DNA from: Micrococcales bacterium
Lineage (GTDB): Bacteria; Actinomycetota; Actinomycetes; Actinomycetales; Dermatophilaceae
DNA: 37,413 bases
Reading direction: 5' to 3'
Assembly (NCBI GenBank): GCA_014763705.1
Contig: JACXUW010000001.1
Coordinates: 1-37,413 of the forward strand
The notes beneath the pieces were generated by a model. That model worked only from the letters and a program-made list of their open reading frames with translations. It did no database searches and had not been told where the DNA came from. Below, piece by piece: positions 7,177 through 18,455 of this stretch (positions within the stretch are counted from its first letter, which is position 1; the number at the start of each line of letters is the position of its first letter). The position numbers and the translations under genes are program-made.

Positions 7177-8799
7177 CTATCCGAAGACGGCGACGGCGAC
7201 CACGGTGGCGATGATCAGACCGCTCATGACGGGGATGAAGCACATCCGTGCCAGCTCGAGCACGTTGACCCGGGCGAAGCCCGCCACGGCGATGAGCGAG
7301 GACCAGGCGACGAGCGTTCCACCGCCGGACCAGATGTTGCCCATCTGCCCCACGGCCGCGAGCGTCTCGGGGCTGACCCCCGAGACGTGGCCCAGCGTGC
7401 CGGCCAGCGACCCGGTGAGGGGCAGGCCCGAGAAGCCGGAGCCGTCCAGGCCCGCGACGACACCGATGGCCAGGATGCCGAGTGAGGTGACGAAGCCGTT
7501 CTGCGGGATGTAGTTCTGCGCGTCGACCACGAGGTCGAAGAGGAACGACGGGCCGGCGACCGCGCCGTCCGCGCCCGGCGCGACGCCGAGGATCCTGCCG
7601 GCGAAGTCACCGTTGCCGATGAAGAAGAATCCCGCGATGGGGATGACGACGCCCATCGCCTTGAACGCGAAGACCAGGCCGTCGACCACGTGTTCCGCGG
7701 ACCGCTCGAGGAAGGTCCGCCGCCCCTCCGCGAGGGCGCCGAGGAAGATGAACACCGCCGCGATGCCGCCGACCAGGGCGGCGGCGTCACCGCCGACCAG
7801 GCTGCCGTCGCCGCTCTTGTTGATCGTCCGGTAGGCGAGGTAGACGATGAGCGCGAGGTACGCGACGGGCACGGCGATGGCGAAGGCCTTGGACACGCCG
7901 GGCGAGACGGTGGTGTCGGAGGTCAGCTCCTCCATCGTCGCGACGCCCGCCCCGCCGCGCTCCTCCACCATGGTGGTGGTGGCCGCCGTCCCGGTCGCGT
8001 GGGCGTGCTCGTGCTCGCGCTCGCTCCAGGACGTGAGGGCCGGGTCGTCCACCATCTCCTCGCGCAGGGCGGCCCCGTGACCGACGGTGGGGCTGTCGTC
8101 GATCTTGGTGCCCTCCAGGGAGTCGAGGGCCTCCCACTCGTCGAGCCACTGCTGGCTGGGGGTGCGCATCTTGCGGAACTCGAGCGCGTAGCCGATACCG
8201 ATGGCGACCGCACCGACGATGAGCGAGAGCACGAAGGCGCGGTTGGCCACGGCGTCGGCGCTCACGCCGGCGGACTTCGCGGACAGGCCGGGAGCGACGC
8301 GGATGACGTAGTCGCTCGAGAGGGCCATCCCCTGTCCCGCGATCGCGACCGTGAACCCGACCGCCAAGGGCCGCAGACCGGCCCGGATCGCGACCGGGAT
8401 GAGCACGGCGCCGATGAGGGGCACGGCCGGCGTCGGCCAGAAGAACAGCGAGATGAAGTACGTCACGACGATGAGCGCCCACCACGACAGGTGCGCGTTG
8501 CGCATGACTCCCCGGAAGGGCGCGACCATCCGCTTGTCGGCGCCGAGGGCGCGCAGTGCTCCCAGCATCCCGGTGACGAGGGCGATGATCAGGAAGATGT
8601 TGAACAGCTCCTGGGCTGCCACGAGGCTGGCGTTGAAGACGGAGGCCAGGCCGGTCACGATGCTGCCGCTGAACACGAGAGCCGTCAGGAAGGTGAACGA
8701 GACGGCGGGGACGATGATGTTCTTGCGGTAGATCATCGTGACCAGGATGGCGACGATCCCCACGAGGTAGATCCAGTGGGCCGCGGTGATGTCTGGCAT
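7177..8799 (-). CDS. uncharacterised polytopic membrane protein, probable permease
   Basis: GAAGGAG RBS; more than 10 hydrophobic segments; FFWPTPAVPLIG and GLDGSGFSGLPL motifs; long central hydrophilic loop. Confidence 0.8.
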   Translation of the reverse strand: MPDITAAHWIYLVGIVAILVTMIYRKNIIVPAVSFTFLTALVFSGSIVTGLASVFNASLVAAQELFNIFLIIALVTGMLGALRALGADKRMVAPFRGVMRNAHLSWWALIVVTYFISLFFWPTPAVPLIGAVLIPVAIRAGLRPLAVGFTVAIAGQGMALSSDYVIRVAPGLSAKSAGVSADAVANRAFVLSLIVGAVAIGIGYALEFRKMRTPSQQWLDEWEALDSLEGTKIDDSPTVGHGAALREEMVDDPALTSWSEREHEHAHATGTAATTTMVEERGGAGVATMEELTSDTTVSPGVSKAFAIAVPVAYLALIVYLAYRTINKSGDGSLVGGDAAALVGGIAAVFIFLGALAEGRRTFLERSAEHVVDGLVFAFKAMGVVIPIAGFFFIGNGDFAGRILGVAPGADGAVAGPSFLFDLVVDAQNYIPQNGFVTSLGILAIGVVAGLDGSGFSGLPLTGSLAGTLGHVSGVSPETLAAVGQMGNIWSGGGTLVAWSSLIAVAGFARVNVLELARMCFIPVMSGLIIATVVAVAVFG

Positions 8800-8945
8800 G
8801 CGCGCTCCTTCGAGTGGTGATGGTGCGACAGCCTGCCGAGGCGCCGATTCCGCGGTCTACATGAGGCATGCACAGGCGGGCGAGCAGAATTTGTGCAGAT
8901 GGTCGGTCCTGAACACGTCGGCGCGGATCCGGGACCCGCCGCGCG

Positions 8946-9830
8946 TCAGCCCACGTGGTCGCGCCAGCTGTGCCTCGGCTCGAAGCCGAGGACCCGTCGC
9001 GCCTTGTCGATGCCGAGGAGGGTCTCGTGCTCGCCGAGCACCTTGGTGACGGGCACGTCCGGGTACACCTCGGCCATGAGGCTCGCGCTGGAGCGTGACA
9101 TGACGGTGTCGGCGTTCGCGATGACGAAGACGTCGGCGCCGGACACGTCGTGCTCGAGGGCCTTCTCGACGGCCTGGGCGCCGTCCCGGGCGTCGATGTA
9201 GCCCCAGAGGTTCCACCTGCGCAGGTGCGGATCGGCGTCGAATGAAGGGAACTGCGCGTAGTCCTCGACGTCCATGACGTTCGAGAACCGGAGCCCCACG
9301 GCGACGAGCTCGGGCTGCCACCGACAGAAGTGGCGCGCCATCTCCTCCTCGAGCGCCTTGTTGAGCGAGTACGTCGACTCCGGCCTCGGCGGGTACTCCT
9401 CGTCGACCGGAGCGTACGGCGGCGGGGTGTCGAACGGCAGCCCGAGCACGGTCTCGCTCGAGGCCCAGACGATCCGGTCGATGCCGACGGCGCGCGCGGC
9501 GGCGAAGACGTTGTACGTGGCGGCCGAGTTGTTGGCGTACGTCGCGGCGTTCGTCGTCATTCCCGGTGCAGGGACGGCCGCCAGGTGGACGACGGCGTCG
9601 ACGGGCTCGTGCTCGTCCGAGCCGCCGAGCAGCTCGACGACCTGGCCGTAGTCGGTGAGGTCGGCGACGAGGAACTCGCCGTCGACCTCGCGCGGGTCGG
9701 TGCCCGCGGCCCGGTCGGAGGCGAGGACGTCCACGCCGAGGTCGCGCAGGTGGGCGACCACGGCTCGGCCGAGCTTTCCGCGGGCACCGGTGACGGCGAC
9801 GCGCCGAGGGCGGGATGTGGAGGGGGTCAT
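8946..9830 (-). CDS. NAD-dependent epimerase/dehydrogenase (extended SDR)
   Basis: VAVTGARGKLG, VVHLAA, ASS, YSLNK (YxxxK); start ATG at 9830. Confidence 0.9.
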   Translation of the reverse strand: MTPSTSRPRRVAVTGARGKLGRAVVAHLRDLGVDVLASDRAAGTDPREVDGEFLVADLTDYGQVVELLGGSDEHEPVDAVVHLAAVPAPGMTTNAATYANNSAATYNVFAAARAVGIDRIVWASSETVLGLPFDTPPPYAPVDEEYPPRPESTYSLNKALEEEMARHFCRWQPELVAVGLRFSNVMDVEDYAQFPSFDADPHLRRWNLWGYIDARDGAQAVEKALEHDVSGADVFVIANADTVMSRSSASLMAEVYPDVPVTKVLGEHETLLGIDKARRVLGFEPRHSWRDHVG

Positions 9831-9939
9831 CGACCCATTGTCGCCCAGGGGGCGTGCCGACAGCGGCCTCCCGCAGGCCAACTCGATCCGTGCGCATCGG
9901 GCCGACCGTGGGCGACGCATCAGGGCTAGGTTCGACGGC

Positions 9940-10488
9940 ATGGCCGACAGCCAGGAGCAGCGGGCGGGCCGCGACCCCGACGTCGTGGTCGTCATGGGGG
10001 TCTCGGGGTGCGGGAAGTCGACGGTCGCCAAGGGTCTGTCGACGGTGCTCGGTTGGGAGTTCGCCGAGGGCGACGCCTTCCACCCCGAGGCCAACGTCGA
10101 GAAGATGCGCGGCGGCCACGCCCTGACCGACGAGGACCGGTGGCCCTGGCTGCGCGCCATCGGCGAGTGGATCTCGGGCAAGGAGGCCGCCGGGGAGTCC
10201 GCCGTGGTCACCTGCTCGGCCCTGCGCCGCGTCTACCGCGACCTCCTGCGCGAGGGCCGCCCCCACGTCCGCTTCCTCCACGTCACGGCCGACACCGACG
10301 TCATCCGCGACCGGATGGAGCACCGGCCCGGCCACTACATGCCCTCCTCCCTCCTGGACAGCCAGCTGGCCACCCTCGAGCCGCTGGAGGACGACGAGCC
10401 GGGGGTGGCCATCAGCAACGAGGGGACCGCCGCCCAGGTCCTCGACCGCGCGCTGGTCGCGCTCGGCCACCGAAAGGAGCACCCCTGA
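9940..10488 (+). CDS. gntK: gluconokinase (GntK/IdnK type)
   Basis: VMGVSGCGKST P-loop, EGDAFHPEANVEKM, LTDEDRWPWL, CSALRRVYRD, HYMPSSLLDSQLATLE. Confidence 0.95.
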   Translation: MADSQEQRAGRDPDVVVVMGVSGCGKSTVAKGLSTVLGWEFAEGDAFHPEANVEKMRGGHALTDEDRWPWLRAIGEWISGKEAAGESAVVTCSALRRVYRDLLREGRPHVRFLHVTADTDVIRDRMEHRPGHYMPSSLLDSQLATLEPLEDDEPGVAISNEGTAAQVLDRALVALGHRKEHP

Positions 10489-12005
10489 TGTCCCTCCTGA
10501 GCAGCAGCCCGTGGGCCGCAACCGCGGTCCTCCCCCTCGCCGACCAGCCGCCGGTCTATGCCGGTGACACCCAGCTGGTCCTCGCCTGCCTCCTCGGCAT
10601 CCTCGCCGTCGTCGCGCTCATCACGTGGGGGAAGGTGCACCCGTTCCTCGGCCTGATGCTCGGTTCGGCCGTCCTCGGCGCCGTCGCCACGATGCCGCCC
10701 GGGGACACCGTCACGAGCTTCGTCGACGGTTTCGGGTCCACGGCCGGCGCGGTGGGGATCCTCATCGCCCTGGGGGCGATGGTGGGCAAGCTGCTCGAGG
10801 ACTCCGGAGGGGCCAACCGCATCGTCGCGACGCTCGTCGGCAAGGTGGGTCCCGGCGGTCTCCCCTGGATGATGGCGGCCATCGCGGCAATCCTCGGGCT
10901 CCCCCTCTTCTTCGAGGTGGGGGTCGTCCTGCTCGTGCCGGTGGTCATCCTCGTCGCCCAGCGCACCGGCGTCTCCCTCATGAAGGTCGGCATCCCCGCC
11001 CTCGCGGGGCTCTCCGTCCTCCACGGCCTCGTCCCGCCCCACCCGGGCCCGCTCACCGCCATCGGGCTGCTCGGCGCGGACCTCGGCCGGACCCTGATCT
11101 TCGGGATCGCCATCGCCATCCCGACCGTCATCGTCGCCGGCCCGCTCCTGGCCCAGCTCGTCGACCGGTGGGTCCCGAAGACCGCCGAGGGCCTCTCCCT
11201 CTTCGGGTCGGGCACGCGGGCCGCGGCGAAAGACGATGCCGTGGAGGGGGAGACGGACTCCACGAGCGAGCCCCGCCTCGACGCCGACGACCACTTCGAG
11301 GCCATCGAGGAGCCCCTGGACGAGGGCCGCCGTCGGGTCTCCTTCGCATCGGCCATCGTCGGGATCACCCTCCCGGTGGCCCTCATGCTCATCGACGCGA
11401 TCACCAAGCTCACGGTCACCGACAAGGAGGCCGGGATCCGCAAGGTCATGGACTTCGTGGGCACGCCGGTCGTCGCGCTGCTCGTCGCGGTCCTCTACTG
11501 CTACATCGCGCTCGGGCTGCGTTCGGGGCTGAACCGGAGCAGCGTCGGTGACTCGGTCGGTTCCGCCCTGCCCGGCATCGCGGGCATCATCCTCATCGTC
11601 GCGGCCGGTGGGGGCTTCAAGCAGACCCTCGTCGACGCCGGGGTCGGGAACGTCATCAAGAGCTGGGCCTCGGGGGTGAACATCTCCGTGCTCGTGCTCG
11701 GCTGGCTCGTGGCCGTGCTCATCCGCCTCGGGACCGGCTCGGCCACGGTCGCCACGATCACCGCGGCGGGCATCGTCGGCCCCCTGGCGCCGACCCTGAG
11801 CGCCAACCACCTCGCCCTGCTGGTCCTCGCGGTCGGGTGCGGCTCGCTGTTCTTCTCGCACGTCAACGACGCCGGCTTCTGGCTGGTCAAGGAGTACTTC
11901 GGCCTCACGGTGGGCGAGACGATCAAGTCGTGGTCGGTCATGGAGACCGTCATCTCGGTCGTCGGCTTCGCCCTCGTCATGCTCGCCAGCGTGTTCGTCA
12001 CCTGA
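10488..12005 (+). CDS. gntP: GntP family gluconate:H+ permease
   Basis: TGATG coupling to gntK; KVHPFLGL, HGLVPPHPGP, GSATVA, SHVNDAGFWLVKEYFG. Confidence 0.95.
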   Translation: MSLLSSSPWAATAVLPLADQPPVYAGDTQLVLACLLGILAVVALITWGKVHPFLGLMLGSAVLGAVATMPPGDTVTSFVDGFGSTAGAVGILIALGAMVGKLLEDSGGANRIVATLVGKVGPGGLPWMMAAIAAILGLPLFFEVGVVLLVPVVILVAQRTGVSLMKVGIPALAGLSVLHGLVPPHPGPLTAIGLLGADLGRTLIFGIAIAIPTVIVAGPLLAQLVDRWVPKTAEGLSLFGSGTRAAAKDDAVEGETDSTSEPRLDADDHFEAIEEPLDEGRRRVSFASAIVGITLPVALMLIDAITKLTVTDKEAGIRKVMDFVGTPVVALLVAVLYCYIALGLRSGLNRSSVGDSVGSALPGIAGIILIVAAGGGFKQTLVDAGVGNVIKSWASGVNISVLVLGWLVAVLIRLGTGSATVATITAAGIVGPLAPTLSANHLALLVLAVGCGSLFFSHVNDAGFWLVKEYFGLTVGETIKSWSVMETVISVVGFALVMLASVFVT

Positions 12006-12053
12006 CCCGGCCGGACTCCCTCGAGGAGCCGGCCGCGGAGCGGGCGAGAGTCG

Positions 12054-12962
12054 TCAGCCCGCCCGCACGCGGGTGCCCGCCGGTCCCGCCACGATGTCGG
12101 CGATGTCCGTGAGCGAGCCGATGACGGCCTCGTGGCCGGTGGCCGCGACGAAACCGCAGGCAGCCTCCACCTTGGGCCCCATCGAGCCGGCGGGTAGGTC
12201 GAGGCCGGCCAGCTCGGCCGGCGTGACCACGTCCAGCCGGCGTCGGTGCGGTGTCCCCCAGTCGAGGTACACCCCGTCGACGTCGGTCGCGATGACCAGC
12301 AGGTCGGCGTCGAGCTGCTGTGCCAGCAGCGAGGCCGCGAGGTCCTTGTCGATGACCGCCTCCACGCCGTGCAGACGCCCCTCGGCGTCGTACCGGGTCG
12401 GGATCCCTCCACCCCCGGCGCAGATCACGATGGTGCCGTCCTCGAGGAGGGTCCGGATGGGACCGATCTCGAAGATCCGTCGTGGCCTCGGGCTGGGGAC
12501 GACGCGACGGAAGCCGTCGCCGTCCGGCGCCACGCTCCAGGCGTTCGCCGCCGCGAGGCGCTCCGCGGTCTCGCGGTCGTAGACGGGGCCGATGGGTTTG
12601 GTGGGGTGCTGGAACGCCGGGTCCGCCGGGTCGACCTCGACCATCGTGAGGATGGTCGCCAGGTGCTGCTCGCCCGGGAGGAGGTTGCCGAGCTCCTGCT
12701 CGATGACGTACCCGATCATCGCCTCGGTCTGGGCCCCGAGGACGTCGAGCGGGTAGGGCGCCACCGCGGTGTAGGCCGCCGCCTGGAGGGAGAGCAGCCC
12801 CACCTGGGGCCCGTTGCCGTGGGCCACGACGACCTCGTTGCCCGGGACGACCCGGGCGATCCGTTCGGCCGCCACCCGGACGTTGGCCCGCTGGTTCTCG
12901 GCGGTCATCGGCTGTCCTCGACGCAGCAGGGCGTTGCCGCCCAGGGCGATGACGATGCGCAT
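12054..12962 (-). CDS. arcC: carbamate kinase
   Basis: [47 protein letters not shown]. Confidence 0.97.
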   Translation of the reverse strand: MRIVIALGGNALLRRGQPMTAENQRANVRVAAERIARVVPGNEVVVAHGNGPQVGLLSLQAAAYTAVAPYPLDVLGAQTEAMIGYVIEQELGNLLPGEQHLATILTMVEVDPADPAFQHPTKPIGPVYDRETAERLAAANAWSVAPDGDGFRRVVPSPRPRRIFEIGPIRTLLEDGTIVICAGGGGIPTRYDAEGRLHGVEAVIDKDLAASLLAQQLDADLLVIATDVDGVYLDWGTPHRRRLDVVTPAELAGLDLPAGSMGPKVEAACGFVAATGHEAVIGSLTDIADIVAGPAGTRVRAG

Positions 12963-12980
12963 GGTCCGGTCCGCCCCCGC

Positions 12981-13985
12981 TCAGCCCAGCGCCGCGACGA
13001 GGACCGCCTTGATGGTGTGCATCCGGTTCTCCGCCTGGTCGAACGCGATGTTGGCCTCGCTCTCGAAGACGTCGTCGGTGACCTCGACACCGTTGGCCAG
13101 CTCGGGGTACTGCTCGGCGATCCGGGCGCCCACGACCGTGCGGGTGTCGTGCACCGCCGGGAGGCAGTGCATGAAGCGGACCCGAGGGTTCCCGGTGGCC
13201 GCCAACAGCTCCTTGTTCACCTGGAAGGGCAGCAGCAGGGCGACCCGCTCGGCCCACGTCTCGATCGGCTCGCCCATCGAGACCCACACGTCGGTGTGCA
13301 CGAAGTCGGCGTCCCGGACCGCCTCGACCGGGTCGTCGGTCACGGTGAGGCGCGCACCGGAGCCCGCGGCGAAGTCCCGGCACATCGCCACGTGGTCCTC
13401 GCTCGGCCAGAGAGCCCGGGGGGCCCCGATCCGCACGTCCATGCCGAGCTTCGCGCCCACCAGCAGCAGGGAGTTGGCGACGTTGTTGCGGCCGTCCCCG
13501 ACGAAGGCGAAGGCGATCTCCTGCAGGGGCTTCGCGCAGTGCTCGGTCATCGTCAGCACGTCGGCGAGCATCTGGGTCGGGTGGAACTCGTCGGTCAGGC
13601 CGTTGAAGACCGGGACTCCCGCGAACTCGGCGAGCTCCTCGACCACGTCCTGGGAGGCCCCGCGGTACTCGATCGCGTCGTACATGCGACCCAGGACCCG
13701 CGCGGTGTCCTTCATCGACTCCTTGTGCCCGATCTGCGAGGACACCGGGTCGATGTAGGTGACGTGCGCACCCTCGTCGTGCGCAGCGACCTCGAACGCG
13801 CAGCGGGTCCGGGTGGAGGTCTTCTCGAAGACGAGGGCGATGTTGCGGCCCTCGAGCCGGCGCGACCCCGTGCCCGCGTACTTCGCCCGCTTCAGGTCGC
13901 GGGAGAGGTCGAGCAGGAAGTGCAGGTCCCGCTCCGAGTGGTGCACGAGCGAGAGCAGGCTCCGGTTGCGCAGGTTGACGGGCAT
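12981..13985 (-). CDS. arcB: ornithine carbamoyltransferase (catabolic)
   Basis: [32 protein letters not shown]; inside the arc operon. Confidence 0.97.
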   Translation of the reverse strand: MPVNLRNRSLLSLVHHSERDLHFLLDLSRDLKRAKYAGTGSRRLEGRNIALVFEKTSTRTRCAFEVAAHDEGAHVTYIDPVSSQIGHKESMKDTARVLGRMYDAIEYRGASQDVVEELAEFAGVPVFNGLTDEFHPTQMLADVLTMTEHCAKPLQEIAFAFVGDGRNNVANSLLLVGAKLGMDVRIGAPRALWPSEDHVAMCRDFAAGSGARLTVTDDPVEAVRDADFVHTDVWVSMGEPIETWAERVALLLPFQVNKELLAATGNPRVRFMHCLPAVHDTRTVVGARIAEQYPELANGVEVTDDVFESEANIAFDQAENRMHTIKAVLVAALG

Positions 13986-14001
13986 GGTGCTCCTCCGAAG
14001 G

Positions 14002-15270
14002 TCAGGTGTAGAGGGGGTCGCGCAGGATCGGGCAGGTCATGCACCGACCGCCGCCGCGCCCGCGTCCGAGCTCGCTGGCGGTGATGGTGACGACCTCGAC
14101 GCCGGCCTTGCGCAGGGCGGTGTTGGTCTGGATGTTGCGGTCGTAGCCGATGACGACCCCGGGTGCCAGGGCGACGACGTTGTTGCCGTCGTCCCACTGC
14201 TCGCGCTGCACGCCGTAGAGGTCACCGCCTGCGGAGACCACGCGGAAGCGCACGCCGACGGCGTCCCCGATCGTCTCGACCAGCCCGTGGGGCTCGCGCC
14301 GGACGTCCAGCCCCGACGGACCGTCGTCCGGCCGCAGGCTGAACGGGACGATGCCGTCGACGACGGGGGCGTAGGTCGTGACCAGGTCGTGGTCGGCGAA
14401 GGTGAACACCGTGTCGAGGTGCATGGCCGAACGGGCCCGGGGAAGGCTCGCGACGATGACGCGCTCGGCCGCGCCGGCGGAGAACAGGGTGCGCGCGACC
14501 TGGGTGATCGCCTGCTGCGAGGACCGCTCACCCATCCCGATGACGACGACGCCTCGCCCGACCGGCATGACGTCGCCTCCCTCGAGCGTTGCGAGCCCGT
14601 GGTCGGCCAGACCGCCGTCGAGGTCACCCAGCCAGACGGCGTACTCCTCCCCCGCGAACGCCGGGTGGAACCGGTAGACGGCGGTCGTCAGCAGGGTCTC
14701 CCGGCGACGGGCCGGCCAGAACATCGGGTTCAGGGTCACCCCACCGAAGATCCACGAGGTGTTGTCCCGCATGAACTGGGTGTTCGGCAGCGGCCGGAGG
14801 ACGAAGCCGGTGGGGTCGAGCTCGCGGAAGGCGGTGAGGAAGCCACCGCCCACCTCGGCCGGCACGTCCTGGTAGGAGATCCCGCCGACCAGGAGCTCGG
14901 CCAGGCGCTCTCCCGGCAGGTCCTCAAGCCAGCCGCGGACCTCGCGGGTCAGTCCGGCACCCACGAGCCCGTCGGTGACCGTGCGGTCCAGGAGCCAGGC
15001 CCGAGCGGCCGGGGCCTCGAGGACCTCGGCGAGCAACTCGTGCAGCTCGAGGACCTCGACGTCCCGTTCCTCCATCTTCGCGACGAAGTCGAAGTGGTCA
15101 CGCCGTGCCTGCTGCACCCAGATCACGTCGTCGAACAGCAGCTCGTCGCAGTTGTCCGGGGTCAACCGCTGGTGGGCCAGCCCGGGTGCGCAGACGAGGA
15201 CCCTGCGCAGCCGGCCGGCCTCGGACCACACCCCGACCCGGGGGCCGGGGGTGGTCGTCTCCGTCAGCAT
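14002..15270 (-). CDS. arcA: arginine deiminase
   Basis: [49 protein letters not shown]. Confidence 0.97.
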   Translation of the reverse strand: MLTETTTPGPRVGVWSEAGRLRRVLVCAPGLAHQRLTPDNCDELLFDDVIWVQQARRDHFDFVAKMEERDVEVLELHELLAEVLEAPAARAWLLDRTVTDGLVGAGLTREVRGWLEDLPGERLAELLVGGISYQDVPAEVGGGFLTAFRELDPTGFVLRPLPNTQFMRDNTSWIFGGVTLNPMFWPARRRETLLTTAVYRFHPAFAGEEYAVWLGDLDGGLADHGLATLEGGDVMPVGRGVVVIGMGERSSQQAITQVARTLFSAGAAERVIVASLPRARSAMHLDTVFTFADHDLVTTYAPVVDGIVPFSLRPDDGPSGLDVRREPHGLVETIGDAVGVRFRVVSAGGDLYGVQREQWDDGNNVVALAPGVVIGYDRNIQTNTALRKAGVEVVTITASELGRGRGGGRCMTCPILRDPLYT

Positions 15271-15284
15271 CTCCGACCTCCCGC

Positions 15285-16796
15285 TCAGAGCACCGAGAGG
15301 TGGCCGGTGGCCAGCAGGCCCACGGCCGCCACCGAGGCCAGGGCGACCACCCCGACCACCACCCGCTCCGCGGCGGTGAAGACGGTCAGCCGGCTCTCGC
15401 GCCGGGCCCAGACGTAGAACGCGGTGCCCACGAGGTAGAACAGCGCCGCGATCAGCAGGTACTCCCAGCCGCCCGCGTAGACCAGCCAGCCGGCGTAGAC
15501 GAGCCCGACGAGACCGACGAGCAGGTCACGGGTCCGCCCGGTGCCGTCCGCGTAGGTCTCGCCGCGGGCCGCGAGCAGGACCTGGTACCCCGCCGACCAC
15601 AGGTAGGGCAGGAGGATGAGGGACGTCGCGAGGTAGACGAGGTTGGTGTACGTGCTCTCGTTGACGAGCGTCCACAGCAGCAGGAGCTGCACGCACCCGT
15701 TGGTCAGCCAGAGCGCCGTCGCCGGCGCGCCGTGCGCGTTCTCCCGGGCGAGGGCCTTGGGCATCACGTGCTCGAGGGCGGGCAGCCGGAGGATCTCGAC
15801 GCACAACAGCACCCAGGCGAGGAGGGCCCCCAGCAGGGAGACCACCAGGCCGATCGAGATGAAGCCGGCGCCCCAGCTGCCGACCTGGTTCTCCAGGAGA
15901 CCGGCCATCGACGGGTCGTCCAGCCCGGCGATCTCGGCCTGGGCCATCAGCCCGTAGGAGAGGAGGTTGACCAGCAGCAGCAGGGCCAGGACGCCCACGA
16001 ACCCCAGCACGGTCGCCCGGCCGACGTCCTTCCGGTTGCCGGCGCGCCGGGAGTAGACCGCGGCACCCTCGATCCCGATGAACACCCAGACGGTGACCAG
16101 CATCATGTTCCGCACCTGGTCGAGCGTGCTGCCGAGCGAGGCGCCGTCGATCGCGGTGCTGCCGCCCCACACGTCGGCGGTGAAGACGCCGGACGTGAAG
16201 CCGACGGCGGCGATCGCGACGAAGGTGAGGATGGGGACGACCTTGGCGACGGTCACGACGACGTTGGTGAGTGCCGCGCTGCGCACGCCGCGCAGGACCA
16301 GCGCGTGGATGACCCACAGCAGGACGGAGGCGCCGACGATCGCGGACACCGTCGCGCCGCCCTCGAAGGTCGGGAAGAAGTACCCGAGGGTCGAGAAGAG
16401 CAGGACGAGGTAGGCGACGTTGCCCACCCACGCGGAGACCCAGTACCCCCAGGCGGCGCTGAAGCCGATGTAGTTGCCGAACCCGGCACGGGCGTACCCG
16501 TAGACGCCGCCGTCGACCTCGGGCTTGCGCTGGGCGAGGGTCTGGAAGACGAAGGCCAGCATGAGCATCCCCACGCCGGTGACCAGCCAGCCGATGAGCA
16601 GCGGTCCGGGCGCGGCGCTGCCGGCCATCTGGGACGGGAGGGCGAAGATGCCGCTCCCGATCATGGATCCCACGACGAGCGCCGTGAGGGCGGCGAGCCC
16701 CAGCCCGGTCGTCCTGGCCGGGCCGACGCGGGGTCGGCCGTGAAGTGGTGACGAGGGTGCCTCGGTGACGGGGCGCCCGGCAACATCCTGAGACAT
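15285..16796 (-). CDS. arcD: arginine/ornithine antiporter (APC family)
   Basis: ATG at 16796 with GAGGAGG RBS; [35 protein letters not shown]. Confidence 0.95.
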   Translation of the reverse strand: MSQDVAGRPVTEAPSSPLHGRPRVGPARTTGLGLAALTALVVGSMIGSGIFALPSQMAGSAAPGPLLIGWLVTGVGMLMLAFVFQTLAQRKPEVDGGVYGYARAGFGNYIGFSAAWGYWVSAWVGNVAYLVLLFSTLGYFFPTFEGGATVSAIVGASVLLWVIHALVLRGVRSAALTNVVVTVAKVVPILTFVAIAAVGFTSGVFTADVWGGSTAIDGASLGSTLDQVRNMMLVTVWVFIGIEGAAVYSRRAGNRKDVGRATVLGFVGVLALLLLVNLLSYGLMAQAEIAGLDDPSMAGLLENQVGSWGAGFISIGLVVSLLGALLAWVLLCVEILRLPALEHVMPKALARENAHGAPATALWLTNGCVQLLLLWTLVNESTYTNLVYLATSLILLPYLWSAGYQVLLAARGETYADGTGRTRDLLVGLVGLVYAGWLVYAGGWEYLLIAALFYLVGTAFYVWARRESRLTVFTAAERVVVGVVALASVAAVGLLATGHLSVL

Positions 16797-16931
16797 GGCT
16801 GCCTCCTCGGGCGGCCGGGCCGGAGTGTCCGCCCCGGTACCTTCGACGCTACGACCCACGCCGGCAGCCGGCCGCCGGGTGACTCCGACATCACACCCGG
16901 GTCACGCCGCCCGTCCCGACGGGCGTTCCCC

Positions 16932-18311
16932 TCAGGCCGACTCGCGGGCCCGGAGGAGCCGGAGGACCTCGCCGACACCGCCGTCGCCGACGAGCACCGG
17001 CTCCGGACCGGCACCGTCGAGGAGGCTCGCCGCGATCGCGGCCCGGTGCCCGTTGGAACAGACGATGTAGACCGGTCCGTCGGTGGGGACCTCGCCCTCC
17101 CGGCCCGGCAGGTCGGAGACGAAGAGCGTCTGGCTGCCCGGGAGGGTCCCCCACTGCCACTCGAGCGGCTGCCGGACGTCGAGGACGTGGGTGGACGGGT
17201 CGGATCCCAGCGCAGTGGCGAGGTCCTCGGGTGATGCGGTGCCGTACGAGCGCAGGTCGCGGCCGGACGCCTGCCAGGACTCGACCCCTCCCTGCAGCAC
17301 GCCGTCGGGCATGCGCCAGCCGATCCGCAGCAGCTGGGTCGCCGCCTGCTCCGCGGCGTCGGGCTCGTCGGGCAGGACGAGGACGACGGGTGCGCCGAAG
17401 GGCAGCAGCCATCCGACGTAGCTGCCGAACCCCGAGTTCAGCTCGATGTTGAGCGAGCCCGGGATGTGCGCCTCGGCGAAGGCGTCGCGGCCGCGGGCGT
17501 CGATGACGGTGGCACCGCGCTCGACGGCGGCGGCAGCCTCCTCCGCGTCGAGGAGGCCGAGCTCCGGGACCCGGCGCAACACCGGGACACCGGCTCGGTT
17601 CGTCGAGGCCATGTGGGCGTAGTAGGCGGGGTAGGCCATCAGCTCGCCGGTCAGCTCCTGCTCGAACTCGGCCCGAGAGCCCGCGAGGAGCATGTCGTTG
17701 GACCGGAGCTCGGCGCCGAGCGTGCTCGTGCGGGAGGTCGAGGGCATCGAGGAGACGCAGAAGCTGCCGGCTCCGTGGGTGGGCAGCAGCTGGGTCGCCG
17801 CCGGGAGCGCACCGAGCCGCTTGACGGTGTCGTACTGGTGGGCGGTCAGGGCCGCCGTGTGGTCCGGCCCGAGCAGGTCCGTGCGCCCGGCCGACCCGAC
17901 GAGGAGCGATCCGCCGCTGAACACCGCCACGGGCTCGTCGGACTCGCCCTCGTAGACGACCCAGGCGATGTGCTCGAAGGTGTGTCCCGGTGTGTCCCAG
18001 GCGACCACGCGAAGATCGCCGATCCGCACCTCCTCACCCTCACGGGCTCCGCGGTGCTCGAACTCGTACCGTCCGTCGGCCGGCAGCACGAGCTCGGCTC
18101 CGTGCGCGGCGCGGATCTCGTGGGCTCCGGAGACGTAGTCGTTGTGCACGTGGGTCTCCAGGACCGCACGCACCCGGGCCCGCTTCGCGTCGGCGGACTC
18201 CAGGAACCGCCAGGCGTCGCGCTGCGGGTCGACGACCAGCGCCTCGTCGCCCGAGGTCAGCAGGAAGCTGTTGTCCCCCAGACCAGGGGTGACGAAGACC
18301 TCGATGTCCAT
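16932..18311 (-). CDS. MBL-fold persulfide dioxygenase fused to a pseudo-rhodanese and a rhodanese domain (CstB-like)
   Basis: ATG at 18311 with AAGGAG RBS; ETHVHNDYVSG, TPGHT, GRTDL, HGAGSFC; middle rhodanese lacks the Cys, C-terminal one has CSNGHRA. Confidence 0.88.
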   Translation of the reverse strand: MDIEVFVTPGLGDNSFLLTSGDEALVVDPQRDAWRFLESADAKRARVRAVLETHVHNDYVSGAHEIRAAHGAELVLPADGRYEFEHRGAREGEEVRIGDLRVVAWDTPGHTFEHIAWVVYEGESDEPVAVFSGGSLLVGSAGRTDLLGPDHTAALTAHQYDTVKRLGALPAATQLLPTHGAGSFCVSSMPSTSRTSTLGAELRSNDMLLAGSRAEFEQELTGELMAYPAYYAHMASTNRAGVPVLRRVPELGLLDAEEAAAAVERGATVIDARGRDAFAEAHIPGSLNIELNSGFGSYVGWLLPFGAPVVLVLPDEPDAAEQAATQLLRIGWRMPDGVLQGGVESWQASGRDLRSYGTASPEDLATALGSDPSTHVLDVRQPLEWQWGTLPGSQTLFVSDLPGREGEVPTDGPVYIVCSNGHRAAIAASLLDGAGPEPVLVGDGGVGEVLRLLRARESA

Positions 18312-18406
18312 GCTGCGGCTCCTTCGCGTCGCTCGTCGGGCGACGAGGGACACCACTCGGTGCCGACCCGCCGCCGGTGGTGGGTCTCTCGGACGGGCGA
18401 AAAATA

Positions 18407-18432
18407 TTCGCTCGTTCAATTGAATGAGTGAA
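18407..18432. promoter_or_regulatory. 12-2-12 inverted repeat, probable ArsR operator
   Basis: TTCGCTCGTTCA-AT-TGAATGAGTGAA (10/12 arm match) in an AT-rich patch between the divergent dioxygenase and arsR genes. Confidence 0.7.
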
Positions 18433-18455
18433 CCACATCACCTAGGGTCCTGCCC

